Notes: generated by a model not told the origin, from the letters alone. Positions 20,314 to 30,841 are shown, counted from the first letter of the stretch. The stretch: 59,712 nucleotides of DNA from Paratractidigestivibacter sp. (GCA_963628165.1 CAVGEG010000002.1:20678-80389); one strand, 5' to 3'. Numbers and translations are program-made.

Positions 20314-21966
20314 ATGAAACCGACCGAACTCAAAACAGACGTCTATTTTTTCGGAAAGCTTGCGGGCGCGACGCGACATGAGGCGAGTCGGCTTGCGCGA
20401 GGCGCGGGGTATCGCGTCGCGACGACGTTGCACGAAGGGGTCGGGCTCGTCGTTCTCGGGGAAGGCGCGGATTTAGGGCAAACGCGCGTCGCGCTCGCGC
20501 AAACGTTCGACGACAAATCGCGCCAAGCGTTCGAAAGGGGGGCGCTCCGCGTCGTCTCCGAATCGCAATTTCTCGCGCGCCTCGTGCAATTTACCGAACC
20601 GATCGGCGTGGCGAAAGAGCCTCGTCAAGGCGCGACGCCCGCCGCCGTCGCCTCTCTCGTCGGCGTTCCCGTCGCGACCGTTCGTCGATGGCTCCGCAAA
20701 GGGCTACTCAAGCCCGTCGATCCGCGCGCAAGACTCCCTCTCCTCTCAAGCGACGCGATCGTCGTCGCGCGACGCCTTGCGTTCCTCGCCTCGGGGCTTC
20801 TCTCCGAAGACGTCGTCGAACGCAAAATTCTCGCCTTCGCGGAACTCCTCGCGATTCGCGAAGCGCCGGAAACCATCGCCGACGCCGACGAGGCGTTCCC
20901 ACTTTTCGACGCCGCGCCCAACGCGCGACCGACGGATCTTCCCAACGCGCTTCTCGCCCCCGACGCGCCGCGACCCGACCTCTCCCGCGTCATCCTCCAG
21001 CTCACCCTCTCCGCCGACGGGCGCGACGTTCTCCTGCTCCCCGACGCGACCGAAACCGAAACCGTCTCCGTCGCGCCGATCGACGCTAAAGGACAGCGCG
21101 TCTTCTATTTCGCCGCCCTCCCGACCGACGGCGCTCTTGACAAGCCCGTATCCCCCGCGAAGCTTTCGCCCGACGAAGAGCAGATCGACTTAGCGGAACG
21201 CCTCGCGCAGTGGAACGCGCGAACCACGGGCGAAACAGGGCGTCCGGGCTTCTTAAACCTTTTCGGTCAATCCTCCGACGCCGAATTCGCGCACCCCGGC
21301 GACGTTGCGCCCTTCCCCGAGCCCGCGCCAGAGCCACCGACCGAATCTGAACAGTCCTTTTCCCCCCAAGAGGTCTCCTCGCGCGCCGAAACGCCGCCCT
21401 TCCCCCAAGGGAGCGACGGCTTCGCGCGACGCGCCAAGGAAGAATGGCTCCGCGCGGGGATCATGCGCCAAGTCACGCTTTGTACGGAAGCCGCGACGCT
21501 CGAGAAAGAAGGATACTGGGAAGAAGCGGCGCGAGTCTATCGTCATGCGGCGCTCGCGGGGGGAGCCGACGCGGGGATCAATTATCGTCTGGGACGCGTC
21601 CTCTTCTTACTGGGGGAATACGGGGGAGCGCGCGAACGTTTCTCCGCGGCGTTGGAGCTCGATCCGGAGTTTCGAGACGCGCGTATCGAACTTGGTCGCG
21701 CGCACGCGGCGCTACAGGACGACGAAGACGCGATCGAAGCGTTCAGCGTCGCGCTCGACTCGCGTCCGGACGATCCGATCGCGCGGGTCGAGATCGGCAA
21801 GCTCTATCTCAAGCAGGGGAAGCGCGACGCGGCGGCGACCGAATTTCGTCGCGCGGCGGAAAAGATCGACGATCAGCAGTTGGCGGACGACGTACGCAGT
21901 CTTATCGTCACCCTCGACGCGCGTTCCGTAGCGCCCGACGCGAACGCTTTTTCCCCCCGATTTTGA
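20314..21966 (+). CDS. BRCT-like / MerR-type HTH / TPR repeat protein
   Basis: The N-terminus is BRCT-like (YFFGKLAGATRHEASRLARGAGYRVATTLHEGVGLVVLGEGA). An HTH-like segment (AAVASLVGVPVATVRRWLRKGLL) follows. The C-terminus holds TPR repeats (AxxxYxxAL patterns). Confidence 0.65.
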   Translation: MKPTELKTDVYFFGKLAGATRHEASRLARGAGYRVATTLHEGVGLVVLGEGADLGQTRVALAQTFDDKSRQAFERGALRVVSESQFLARLVQFTEPIGVAKEPRQGATPAAVASLVGVPVATVRRWLRKGLLKPVDPRARLPLLSSDAIVVARRLAFLASGLLSEDVVERKILAFAELLAIREAPETIADADEAFPLFDAAPNARPTDLPNALLAPDAPRPDLSRVILQLTLSADGRDVLLLPDATETETVSVAPIDAKGQRVFYFAALPTDGALDKPVSPAKLSPDEEQIDLAERLAQWNARTTGETGRPGFLNLFGQSSDAEFAHPGDVAPFPEPAPEPPTESEQSFSPQEVSSRAETPPFPQGSDGFARRAKEEWLRAGIMRQVTLCTEAATLEKEGYWEEAARVYRHAALAGGADAGINYRLGRVLFLLGEYGGARERFSAALELDPEFRDARIELGRAHAALQDDEDAIEAFSVALDSRPDDPIARVEIGKLYLKQGKRDAAATEFRRAAEKIDDQQLADDVRSLIVTLDARSVAPDANAFSPRF

Positions 21967-22200
21967 CGCGCGGGCGCTCTCCGTTTCAGGACGCTTAATA
22001 AAAATTTTTCAATTTGAAAAAAATTTCCAAACGTCGGCCAATCCCTGAGTTACGAATTCGTCGACGGCGGCGGAGGCTTGTAAAAGACCTGAAACGTCCT
22101 ATCTGAAGATTCGCGACGTTGTTTTTAGAGGCAACTCGTTTATAATTTTTCATAAAGAAAAAATCGACGTTAAACCGTTGCAAGAAAAGGATATTTCACG

Positions 22201-22803
22201 ATGTACGAAACGCTCCTTCAAAATCTCCGCGCCAAAGGTTACGGGGCGCAAGTCTTTTCTTCGGAAAAAGAAGTCGTCGATTATCTCGCCGACCAGATTC
22301 AAAACACGACCGTCGCGTTTGGGGGGTCGAAAACGTTGGAGAAGCTCGGGTTATACGAACGTCTTAGCGCCAATAATCAAGTTTCATGGCATTGGCGGAT
22401 CCCCGAAGGTAAGACGGGGGCGCAGGTGTTGAAAGAAGCGCGAGACGCGAGCGTATATCTTTCGTCGGCGAACGCGATCGCGACGACGGGAGAGATCGTC
22501 AATATCGACGGAAACGGAAACCGCGTCGCGGAGATCCTTTACGGTCACGAACGCGTCTACTTTGTCGTCGGCAAGAACAAGATCTCGAAGGATCTCAACG
22601 GGGCGATGTGGCGCGCGAAAAATATCGCCGCTCCCCTCAACGCTCTCCGTCTCCGCTCCGAAACACCATGCGCAAAACATGGCAATAAATGCTATCAATG
22701 TCACTCCCCGCAACGCATCTGCCGCGCTACCGTCATCCTCAACGAACCGCCCCTCAAAGCAAAATACGAAGTCCTGATCGTCGATCTGGTTCTGGGGTAT
22801 TGA
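22201..22803 (+). CDS. LUD domain (lactate utilization protein C / YkgG-like) protein
   Basis: It has the size and blocks typical of the LUD/DUF162 family (VAFGGSKTLEKLGL, SSANAIATTGEIVNIDGNGNR) and a C-terminal Cys cluster. Confidence 0.7.
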   Translation: MYETLLQNLRAKGYGAQVFSSEKEVVDYLADQIQNTTVAFGGSKTLEKLGLYERLSANNQVSWHWRIPEGKTGAQVLKEARDASVYLSSANAIATTGEIVNIDGNGNRVAEILYGHERVYFVVGKNKISKDLNGAMWRAKNIAAPLNALRLRSETPCAKHGNKCYQCHSPQRICRATVILNEPPLKAKYEVLIVDLVLGY

Positions 22804-22830
22804 GTCTATTTCACTAGAGATATTGCTATT

Positions 22831-24966
22831 ATGGATACCAAAAAAGTTTCAATTGTTGAATTACTGTCTTTGAAAAGATTGAATATTCCCGTCTACCAGC
22901 GTAACTATTCATGGGGGGAAAAAGATTGCAAACGTCTTTTCTCTGATATTACATCACTAATAGAAGATACGTCTGTTTTTAATAATGAGAATGATTACTT
23001 CTTAGGATGTATTGTTTCAGTCAAACAAGGTAAGGGCACTCGTTACATTATTGACGGACAGCAACGATTAACGTCAGTCACTTTATTATGTCTAGCCATA
23101 TATCATATAGTTATTCATGGAGATAAACAAGTTGAAGACGAACATTTAGCTAGTAATTTATTCACTAATTATTTAGCCAAAGATCGTTCACTATGTCAAA
23201 ACTATATGAATGAAATCAAACTACACTTAAATCCTGATGACCAAGAAGCCTTAGAGGCATTATTTCTGGATAATGGCAAACAACTTCCACAATCAAGGGT
23301 CACAGCAAACTACAATTATTTTAAAAAGCTAGTACTAAAATCAAACTATAGTATACAGCAGATAATTGATGCGATAGAAAATGTTGTAGTTGTCGACATT
23401 CTCCTCGAACAATATGAAGAGCCTCAACGAGTATTTGAAAGTTTGAATAGTACTGGAGTAGGACTCACTGAATCAGACAAGATTCGCAATTATATTCTCA
23501 TGGATCTTCCTAGTGAAAGCCAAGACGCTCTTTATAAGTCGTACTGGAGGGAAATCGAAACTTGTTGCAATCTCACTAACACAGAAAATGCAATTTCTGA
23601 TTTTTTTTCAACATTCCTCACTCTTAAAAATAATAAACGTCCTACCAAAGACCAAGTATACTTAACCTTTCAAAAATCTTTTAGTAAGAAAGAAGTCCAA
23701 AATGAAACATTTTTACGGGATCTCTTAGCATATGCACGCAGATATTCGTACCTTTTGGCTCCTTTCCATCAATCTCTAGACAGCGTTATCGACAATTGTG
23801 TCTATAGGATAAATTACATTAAGAGAACTATTGTAAGACCTTTTTTCCTTGAAGTTCTAAGATTATACGAAAATCACGAACTTTCTTTAGAAGATACGCG
23901 ACAAGTTTTCCTTCTTACAGAAACATATCTTGTGAGAAAGGCTGTTTGTCATAATGAGACTAATGCTCTCAATAAAGTTTTTACGCAGCTTTACCGAGAG
24001 ATTATAAACATTGACAAAACAGCTAATCAATTTCTTGAAAAAGTCACCAATAACCTTTTATCACGCAAACAAGGCTCAGGAACTGAATTTCCAACAGATA
24101 ATGAGTTCATTCAGGCTTTTTCTCAAAGTCAGACCTTCACTGACTTGAAAAACTATAAAGAATATCTTCTCGAACGCCTCGAATGTTATGACAATCCGGA
24201 ATCTATTGACGTCTACAAGAAACTTAACGATAAAAAGATTTCGGTAGAACACATTATGCCACAAAAGCTTAATGAGGCATGGCGAAATGAGCTAGGTTCC
24301 AACGCCAACAATATATGGAGCAATTGGATCCATCGTATAGCCAACTTAACATTTTCTGCCTACAATAGCAGTATGAGTAACAGTCCGTTTAAAATTAAAA
24401 AAGAAAAGGGCTACTCAGATAGCGGTTTTCATTTAAATAAATACATCGCTAGTTGCAACAAATGGACATTAGAAGAACTAGAAGCAAGAAACAAAATTCT
24501 TACTGAGAGGGCTCTACAAATTTGGAGACGACCTAAGAATTCATATACACCTCCAACTAAATCATATCAGGAATGTACATTAAAAGATGCTCCCTTCTAT
24601 GACATGAAAGGTCTCCATCCTGTTCGATTCAAATATGAAGGAACTGAATACTCTGTTAATAACTGGAAAAAACTTGCCGTAGGAGTAATTCGTCTTCTTT
24701 ATGGTATTAATCCCTCTCTAATTGACCAAATCATGAAAACTTCAGAACCTCGTTTATCCTCTCGTTTTCTGTCTACGAAGGAAAGAAAACCAGGAGTTGA
24801 ACCAGAAGAAATAGCCCCTGACGTATACTTTAACACCTGTAATCCAACAAAGGAAAAAATAATCATTCTAAGCCGTCTCTTCGAATATTATTCAATCGAT
24901 AAAGATAAGCTTATTTTCTCTCTTTCTGAGAGAAAACCTCGTCAAAAGAGCAAAAAGCTGTTTTAA
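22831..24966 (+). CDS. DUF262 + DUF1524 (GmrSD-like) nuclease, probably a modification-dependent type IV restriction or defence protein
   Basis: The N-terminus carries the DGQQR motif (YIIDGQQRLTS). The C-terminus has a His-Me finger-like block (ISVEHIMPQ...WIHRIANLTFSAYNSSMSN). The gene is strongly AT-rich compared with its flanks. Confidence 0.85.
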   Translation: MDTKKVSIVELLSLKRLNIPVYQRNYSWGEKDCKRLFSDITSLIEDTSVFNNENDYFLGCIVSVKQGKGTRYIIDGQQRLTSVTLLCLAIYHIVIHGDKQVEDEHLASNLFTNYLAKDRSLCQNYMNEIKLHLNPDDQEALEALFLDNGKQLPQSRVTANYNYFKKLVLKSNYSIQQIIDAIENVVVVDILLEQYEEPQRVFESLNSTGVGLTESDKIRNYILMDLPSESQDALYKSYWREIETCCNLTNTENAISDFFSTFLTLKNNKRPTKDQVYLTFQKSFSKKEVQNETFLRDLLAYARRYSYLLAPFHQSLDSVIDNCVYRINYIKRTIVRPFFLEVLRLYENHELSLEDTRQVFLLTETYLVRKAVCHNETNALNKVFTQLYREIINIDKTANQFLEKVTNNLLSRKQGSGTEFPTDNEFIQAFSQSQTFTDLKNYKEYLLERLECYDNPESIDVYKKLNDKKISVEHIMPQKLNEAWRNELGSNANNIWSNWIHRIANLTFSAYNSSMSNSPFKIKKEKGYSDSGFHLNKYIASCNKWTLEELEARNKILTERALQIWRRPKNSYTPPTKSYQECTLKDAPFYDMKGLHPVRFKYEGTEYSVNNWKKLAVGVIRLLYGINPSLIDQIMKTSEPRLSSRFLSTKERKPGVEPEEIAPDVYFNTCNPTKEKIIILSRLFEYYSIDKDKLIFSLSERKPRQKSKKLF

Positions 24967-25049
24967 ATTCCAATAATCGTTCAATTTATACTAAGTTCAT
25001 ATAGTTGCTGGGCATAAAATACAAGAACTAGCAGACTAAGCCAAACGAA

Positions 25050-25080
25050 AAAGGGCTCCCAAGCGGAGCCCTTTGTTTAT
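25050..25080. terminator. Bidirectional terminator between the convergent GmrSD-like and moxR genes
   Basis: The stem agggctcc (25052-25059) pairs with ggagccct (25065-25072). An A-run lies on the left and a T-rich run on the right. Confidence 0.6.
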
Positions 25081-25084
25081 TTGG

Positions 25085-26164
25085 TCATTTTACAAACTTT
25101 TCGATCTTTGGTTCGGGGACGGTCTCGAGAAGTTTGAGGACGATTTTATCTGAGTTCATCCCTTCGGCTTGCGCTTGGAAGTTGGCGCCGACGCGCTTTC
25201 TCAAGACGGGGACGGCGGCGGCTTTGATATCGTCGACGGAGACGGCGAAACGTCCGTCCATCGCGGCGAACGCCTTGCCCGCGTTGATGAGGAATTGGCC
25301 CGCGCGCGGTCCTGCGCCAAAGTCGACGAGATCACGGACAAAGTCGGGCGCGGAATCGCCGTCTGGACGCGTCGCTCTCACTAGACGCGTCGCGTATTGG
25401 ATCACGTATTGACTTGCCGCTACGCTCTGCACAAGACGCTGCATTCCCAATAGAATTCTTGCGTTAAGAAGCTTTTTAGGAACCGCGACCTCCCCGCGCG
25501 TCGTCGCCGTCAGAATCCGTTCTTCTTCCTCCAACGTCGGATAGTCGATCTTGACGTTGAGCATGAAACGGTCGAGCTGCGCTTCCGGCAACGGATACGT
25601 TCCCTCTTGATCGATCGGGTTTTGCGTTGCGATCACGAGGAAAGGATCGGGGAGTTTGTACGTGGTTCCGCCGACGGTGATTTCGCGTTCTTGCATCGCT
25701 TGAAGGAGCGCGGACTGCGTCTTGGGCGGGGTGCGGTTGATTTCGTCCGCAAGGAGGATATTCGTGAAGACGGGCCCTTCCACAAAGCGGAAACTTCTCT
25801 TACCCTGCGCGTCTTCCTCAAGGATATTCGTGCCCGTGATATCCGAAGGCGTAAGATCCGGAGTGAACTGGATGCGGCGGAAATTGACGTCGAGAATCTT
25901 CGCGATCGTCGAGACGGCGAGGGTCTTCGCGAGCCCCGGCACGCCTTCTAGAAGACAGTGCCCGCGCGTAAAGATCGCCGCGAAGATCTGACGAATCGCG
26001 TCTTTCTGACCGACGACGACTTTGGCGAGTTCGTTCTCCAAAGCTACGCGAGTCTGCCCGAATTCCTGCAACAACGCGCCGAGGTTCTGACGCTGATTCT
26101 GGGCCGTAAGCTTGGCGACGCCCGCCTCCCCCTGACGCTGTTCCTCCGATCGTTCCGTCGTCAT
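25085..26164 (-). CDS. MoxR-like AAA+ ATPase
   Basis: Walker A (LLEGVPGLAKT), Walker B (ILLADEINR) and ATQNPIDQEGTYPLPEAQLDRF are present. The start could be 26164 or 26170. Confidence 0.9.
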   Translation of the reverse strand: MTTERSEEQRQGEAGVAKLTAQNQRQNLGALLQEFGQTRVALENELAKVVVGQKDAIRQIFAAIFTRGHCLLEGVPGLAKTLAVSTIAKILDVNFRRIQFTPDLTPSDITGTNILEEDAQGKRSFRFVEGPVFTNILLADEINRTPPKTQSALLQAMQEREITVGGTTYKLPDPFLVIATQNPIDQEGTYPLPEAQLDRFMLNVKIDYPTLEEEERILTATTRGEVAVPKKLLNARILLGMQRLVQSVAASQYVIQYATRLVRATRPDGDSAPDFVRDLVDFGAGPRAGQFLINAGKAFAAMDGRFAVSVDDIKAAAVPVLRKRVGANFQAQAEGMNSDKIVLKLLETVPEPKIEKFVK

Positions 26165-26184
26165 CCACACACTCTCCTATTCAA

Positions 26185-27099
26185 TCATCGTTCAAGAAAC
26201 TCGCGAACCGACGCCAGCGTCTCCTTCGGAGAGTCCTCCAGAAGATAATGCCCCGCGTCTTCGATCTTCTTCACGTACGCGCCCGGATAATACTTCAGGA
26301 AACCGTCCAAAAAGACCTCTGGCGGGAAGCACCAATCCTTCACTCCCCAAATCAACGCGACCTGATCGTCCTTAAACACCTTCAGACGTTCCCCCGTGCC
26401 CTTCAACGCTTCGTACGATCGATGGCGCGGCGAAAGGGGAATATCCTGCACGAATTCACAGACGGCGATACGGTTCGCCCAGGAATCGTACGGCGCGAGA
26501 AGCCCCGCTTTGACGTCGGGAGCCAACCCCTTCGCGGTCGCCATGCGCGTCGCGGCATGCGGGAAAACGTTGAGGCCTTGGAGCATGATTCGTTTCAACA
26601 CGGGGATGTGGCAGAGTCGAATGCGCTTGGGAACGCGATCGCTCAGGTACGCGGCGGTGTTCATGAGGATGATTTTCGAGAAGCGCTCGGGGATCTGCGT
26701 CGCCGCGCACATCGCGACCGCGCCTCCCCAGTCGTGCGCGACAAGCGCGATATTCTTCAAATCGAGCTTGTCGATCAGTTCGATCAAATCTTGACCACGA
26801 CGCCCCAAAGAGTACGGGTACTTCTTAAAGCTCGGTTTTTCAGAAAGGCCGCACCCGATATGATCGACGACGACGACGCGGTATTGATCGCAGAACTCGT
26901 TAATCACGGATCGGAAGAAGAAGGACCATGTCGGATTGCCATGAGAACACAAGAGAGCCGGCTTATCCCCGTCTTTCGGCCCCTCGTCGAGATAGTGCAT
27001 ACGAAATCCGCCAATCGTCTCAAAATGCGATTCGTAAGGATACAGCGCACGCCAATTAGCGTCGTTGCGCGGATATTGAGAGTCCTCAGCTTTCGTCAT
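26185..27099 (-). CDS. Alpha/beta hydrolase, haloalkane dehalogenase-like
   Basis: It has HGNPTWSFFFR, the Asp nucleophile elbow (VAHDWGG) and a C-terminal GHYLLED block. Confidence 0.82.
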   Translation of the reverse strand: MTKAEDSQYPRNDANWRALYPYESHFETIGGFRMHYLDEGPKDGDKPALLCSHGNPTWSFFFRSVINEFCDQYRVVVVDHIGCGLSEKPSFKKYPYSLGRRGQDLIELIDKLDLKNIALVAHDWGGAVAMCAATQIPERFSKIILMNTAAYLSDRVPKRIRLCHIPVLKRIMLQGLNVFPHAATRMATAKGLAPDVKAGLLAPYDSWANRIAVCEFVQDIPLSPRHRSYEALKGTGERLKVFKDDQVALIWGVKDWCFPPEVFLDGFLKYYPGAYVKKIEDAGHYLLEDSPKETLASVREFLER

Positions 27100-27130
27100 C
27101 GTTCTTCCCTCCGTGTTACAAGAAGAGCTA

Positions 27131-28273
27131 TTATTTCAACGGGCGCAACTCTCGCAACGCCTCGATCGTCTGAACCATATCAGCGGGCAAAGGCGCCTCG
27201 ATCTCGAGAATTTTGCCCGTGGTCGGATGTTCAAAGGTAATTTTACGCGCGTGCAACGCTTGTCGCGCCAACAAAATCGTCGATTCGCGCTCCTCGTCCC
27301 CCTTTGGCGAACGATCATACTGCCCCGCAAGCTCCTCTCTCGTGAGCGTGGAACGCCCCCCGTAGAGCTTGTCGCACAGGATCGGGCACCCCAAACTCAG
27401 CAGATGGAGACGAATCTGGTGCGTGCGTCCCGTCTTAGGCATGCAGCGCACGGTGGAGAATCCGCGAAAGCGCTCGACGACCTCGAAGAAGGTCTTCGCG
27501 GGCTTCGCTTCAGGATCGTCGGAGGCGATCGCCATTTTGACGCGATACTTCGGATGATGGCCGATCGGGAGATCGACGACTTCGCGGTCGACGTTGATTC
27601 CGCCGAGCGCGATCGCAAAATACTCTTTCTGAATTCTCTTCTCTTCGAAAAGAGCGGCGAGATGGGCGTGGGCGACGTCGTTTTTGGCGACGATGATCGC
27701 GCCGCTAGTATCGCGGTCGAGTCGGTGAACGATACCAGGACGCGCGGGGCCGCGATTCGAACTCAACTGACCGGCAAAGCGGTGCGCCAGCGCGCTGACA
27801 AGGGTTCCCGACCAGTGTCCACGCGACGGATGAACGACCATATTCGACGGCTTGTTGACGACGGCGAGGTCATCGTCCTCATAGAGGATATCAAGCGGAA
27901 TATCTTCGGGGATCGGGCTCTCGCGCGGGGGTTCGACGAGTCGGAAAGAGACGACGGAACCGGGTTTGAGGCGAAAAGAGGGTTTTCCGTGCTTTCCGTC
28001 GACGTCGACGCCGTCTTCCGTCTGAATCGCCTTGCGCAAGAGGACGCGGCTATACTGCGGAAATTTAGCGGCGAGAAAGAGATCGAGACGCCAACCGGCC
28101 TCGGCGTCGGACACGACGCGCCTCGCGACCTCTCCCACCTGTTCCGTAGGCATAGTCCATCCGCTTTGCGACTCGTACGATTCGAGTTCGTCAAGGGATT
28201 CAATTTCCTGCTCGGAATCGTCGTTGAACGGTTCTTCTGCAAAATCAGGCGTCATTTTCGACGTCTCCTCCAT
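27131..28273 (-). CDS. RluA/RluD family 23S rRNA pseudouridine synthase
   Basis: An S4-like segment is followed by the catalytic HRLDRDTSGAIIVAKN and the HQIRLH block. The N-terminus has an acidic extension. Confidence 0.88.
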   Translation of the reverse strand: MEETSKMTPDFAEEPFNDDSEQEIESLDELESYESQSGWTMPTEQVGEVARRVVSDAEAGWRLDLFLAAKFPQYSRVLLRKAIQTEDGVDVDGKHGKPSFRLKPGSVVSFRLVEPPRESPIPEDIPLDILYEDDDLAVVNKPSNMVVHPSRGHWSGTLVSALAHRFAGQLSSNRGPARPGIVHRLDRDTSGAIIVAKNDVAHAHLAALFEEKRIQKEYFAIALGGINVDREVVDLPIGHHPKYRVKMAIASDDPEAKPAKTFFEVVERFRGFSTVRCMPKTGRTHQIRLHLLSLGCPILCDKLYGGRSTLTREELAGQYDRSPKGDEERESTILLARQALHARKITFEHPTTGKILEIEAPLPADMVQTIEALRELRPLK

Positions 28274-28315
28274 GGTAAAAAATGCAACGTACCGCCGCGC
28301 GCCGCACGACGCCGA

Positions 28316-29713
28316 TCAAAAACCGAGCTTCTTCTTCCAAGAATCGATCTGAAAGCGCACCTGGTCGGGCGCGGTCGAGCCGTACGACCTCATCGCGTTG
28401 ACGGCGTTGACGGCGCCGAGGTAGTTATAGACGTTTTCGTCGACCAAGTCGCACGCTTCGCGCAACTCTTCCAACGGGAACTCCGCGAGGGCGCGTCCCG
28501 TTTCGATCCCCTTGCGGACGAGTCTTCCGACGACGCCGTGCGCCGTACGCTGAGGAACGCCGCGACGGATAAGGTATTCCATGAAACTCGTCGCGTCAAG
28601 GTATCCTTTGTCGAGACGCGAGGCGATCGATTCGCGCTTGAGCTTCATTCCGGAAACGATCGGCGCGGCAAGGGCGAGGGAGATCGAAACCGTGTCGTAG
28701 GAGTCGAAGATTGGTTCTTTATCTTCCTGAAGATCGCGGTCGTACGCAAGAGGAATTCCCTTCGTCAACACGAGGAGAGACTGCAAGTTGCCGACAACGC
28801 GCGCGGATTTGCCGCGGATGAGTTCCAGAACGTCGGGATTGACCTTCTGCGGCATGATCGAGGAACCGGTGCAATACGCCTGAGGGAGCTGGAGGAAGTC
28901 GAATTCGACGGTCGACTGCCAGATCCAGTCTTCCGCCCAGCCGCTCAGATGGATGGCGATTTGCGCCATATCGTAGGCGAATTCGGTCGCAAAGTCGCGA
29001 TCGCTCGAGACGTCGACGCTATTGGCGGCGACGCGTTCGAAGCCGAGGTACTGAGCGGTCTTGTCGCGATCGATCGGCAAGCTGGTGCCGGCGCACGCGG
29101 CGGCGCCGAGGCTCAGCGTGTTGACGCGTTTGCGGCAATCGGCGAGTCTTTCGCGGTCGCGTTCAAATTTTTCGACGAAGGCTAGCCAAATGTGAGGCGC
29201 TAGAACAGGTTGAGCGCGCTGGGTATGGGTATACGCGGGGACGACGACGTCGAAGTCGGAGTCGCATCGGGCGACGAAAGCGCGTTGCACGCCCTGAAGA
29301 AGAGCGTCGAGCTTGTCGATCGCGTCGCGAATCCAGAGGCGGAAGTCCGTAGAAACTTGGTCGTTTCGGCTTCGCGCGGTGTGGAGTTTGCGCCCGACGT
29401 CGCCAAGCTTGTCGGTGAGCGCCTTTTCGACGTGCATATGAATATCCTCGAGAGAGCTTGAGAAGACCATCTCGCCGCGCGCGATCGTTCCTTTGATATT
29501 GAGGAGTTCGTCGCGAATCGCTTCGAATTCTTCTGTCGTGAGAATACCGACGTCGCTAAGCATATGCGCGTGCGCGATCGAGCCTTCGATATCCTGCTCG
29601 TACATCCTGCTGTCGAAACTAATGCTTTCGCTAAAGCGTTCAAAAAGCGCGTCGGTCGCTTCAGTAAAGACGCCGCCCCAAGCTTTGGCGGGTTTGGAAT
29701 TTTGTTCAGCCAT
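28316..29713 (-). CDS. argH: Argininosuccinate lyase
   Basis: It carries the fumarate-lyase signature [12 protein letters not shown] and ArgH blocks over its full length (TEEF..I...[10 protein letters not shown]). Confidence 0.95.
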   Translation of the reverse strand: MAEQNSKPAKAWGGVFTEATDALFERFSESISFDSRMYEQDIEGSIAHAHMLSDVGILTTEEFEAIRDELLNIKGTIARGEMVFSSSLEDIHMHVEKALTDKLGDVGRKLHTARSRNDQVSTDFRLWIRDAIDKLDALLQGVQRAFVARCDSDFDVVVPAYTHTQRAQPVLAPHIWLAFVEKFERDRERLADCRKRVNTLSLGAAACAGTSLPIDRDKTAQYLGFERVAANSVDVSSDRDFATEFAYDMAQIAIHLSGWAEDWIWQSTVEFDFLQLPQAYCTGSSIMPQKVNPDVLELIRGKSARVVGNLQSLLVLTKGIPLAYDRDLQEDKEPIFDSYDTVSISLALAAPIVSGMKLKRESIASRLDKGYLDATSFMEYLIRRGVPQRTAHGVVGRLVRKGIETGRALAEFPLEELREACDLVDENVYNYLGAVNAVNAMRSYGSTAPDQVRFQIDSWKKKLGF

Positions 29714-29770
29714 GATTATGATAACAATCCTAAAATACTATCGCTCAGATCGCCGCTAGTCGTCGCGACG

Positions 29771-30841
29771 TCACTTTTCTAAGGGAACTACCTTGAAGGT
29801 CTCGGGAAGTCGCGCTAGGCACGCGCCCCAGGAGAGACCGACGCCGAAACCGACAAGGAGGGCGCGCGTTCCCGGCTTCACGAGTCCGGACGCGACGCCG
29901 TCGATTAGCGCGATCGGAATCGTGCTCGACACCGTGTTGCCGCGCGTCGTCACGTCGTTAAAGAACTTCTCTTCTTCGAGAGAGCAAAGACTTCTAAGAC
30001 GATCGAGCATGAATTTATTCGCCTGATGGAGGACGTAGGCGTCGATTTCAGCGTTCTTTTCCCGCGCGAGAGTCTGAAAGCGCTCGATCATCGGGGGAAC
30101 GACGTTAATCGAGAATGAGAAGACGCCGGGGCCGTTCATGTAGAGTTGGTTTTTGGAGCGGTAATTTCCGCGAACGTCCATCTTTACTTCCATCGCCTCA
30201 GGAGACGTCGGCGTTCGACTTCCCCCCGCTTCAACGATCAACATATTGGCGCCCTCGCCGTCGGTTCCGAACTCGAAGGGACCAATGCCTGGGGCGTTCC
30301 CCAACGCGTCGTTTTGTTCGGCGTCCGCAAGTTCGACAAGAGTCGCGGCGGCCCCGTCGGCAAAGATCGGGCGCGAGACGCTGTCGAGTTCGTTGACGTA
30401 TTTGCAATAGGTTTCGGCGGTCACGAAAAGAACCTTTTTCGCGACGCCCGATTCAATCAAGCCCTTGCAGACGCTCAGTCCGTAGACGTAACCGCTACAG
30501 CCCAGGTTAATATCAAAGGCGCCGCAACTTTGGGGCAGTCCGAGTCGCGCTTGAAGGAGGCACGCGGACGAAGGGAGCAAATAATCGGGAGATTGGGTGC
30601 AAAGGAGGATGAAATCGATTTCGTCGGGATTCGCCAACCCGGCGTCGAAGAGGCGTCGACACGCGGCGTAGGCGAGATCGACGGCGGTTTCGCCTTCGGC
30701 GGATATTGGACGTTCCACAATACCGAGCTTCGCTTCAAGCTTCTTTTCCGTCCATTTTGGAAAAGCCTTGACAAGTTCGGCGTTATCAAGACGTTCTTTT
30801 GGCAGATATGCGGCAATGGCCGCGATTTGCGCTATTTTCAC
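29771..30841 (-). CDS. 3-oxoacyl-ACP synthase III (FabH-like KAS III)
   Basis: The active-site Cys is in NLGCSGYVYGL, with His in VLHQAN and Asn in RGNTVSSTIP. The ORF runs up to 30916, but a GTG at 30841 (VKIAQIAAIAAYLP) matches the usual KAS III N-terminus. Confidence 0.85.
   Translation of the reverse strand: MKIAQIAAIAAYLPKERLDNAELVKAFPKWTEKKLEAKLGIVERPISAEGETAVDLAYAACRRLFDAGLANPDEIDFILLCTQSPDYLLPSSACLLQARLGLPQSCGAFDINLGCSGYVYGLSVCKGLIESGVAKKVLFVTAETYCKYVNELDSVSRPIFADGAAATLVELADAEQNDALGNAPGIGPFEFGTDGEGANMLIVEAGGSRTPTSPEAMEVKMDVRGNYRSKNQLYMNGPGVFSFSINVVPPMIERFQTLAREKNAEIDAYVLHQANKFMLDRLRSLCSLEEEKFFNDVTTRGNTVSSTIPIALIDGVASGLVKPGTRALLVGFGVGLSWGACLARLPETFKVVPLEK

Noticed and set aside
22804-25084. 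I looked for integrase, transposase, tRNA or flanking direct repeats around the AT-rich islet.
   Set aside because: None was found by eye. The islet is reported only as compositionally foreign, not as a defined mobile element.
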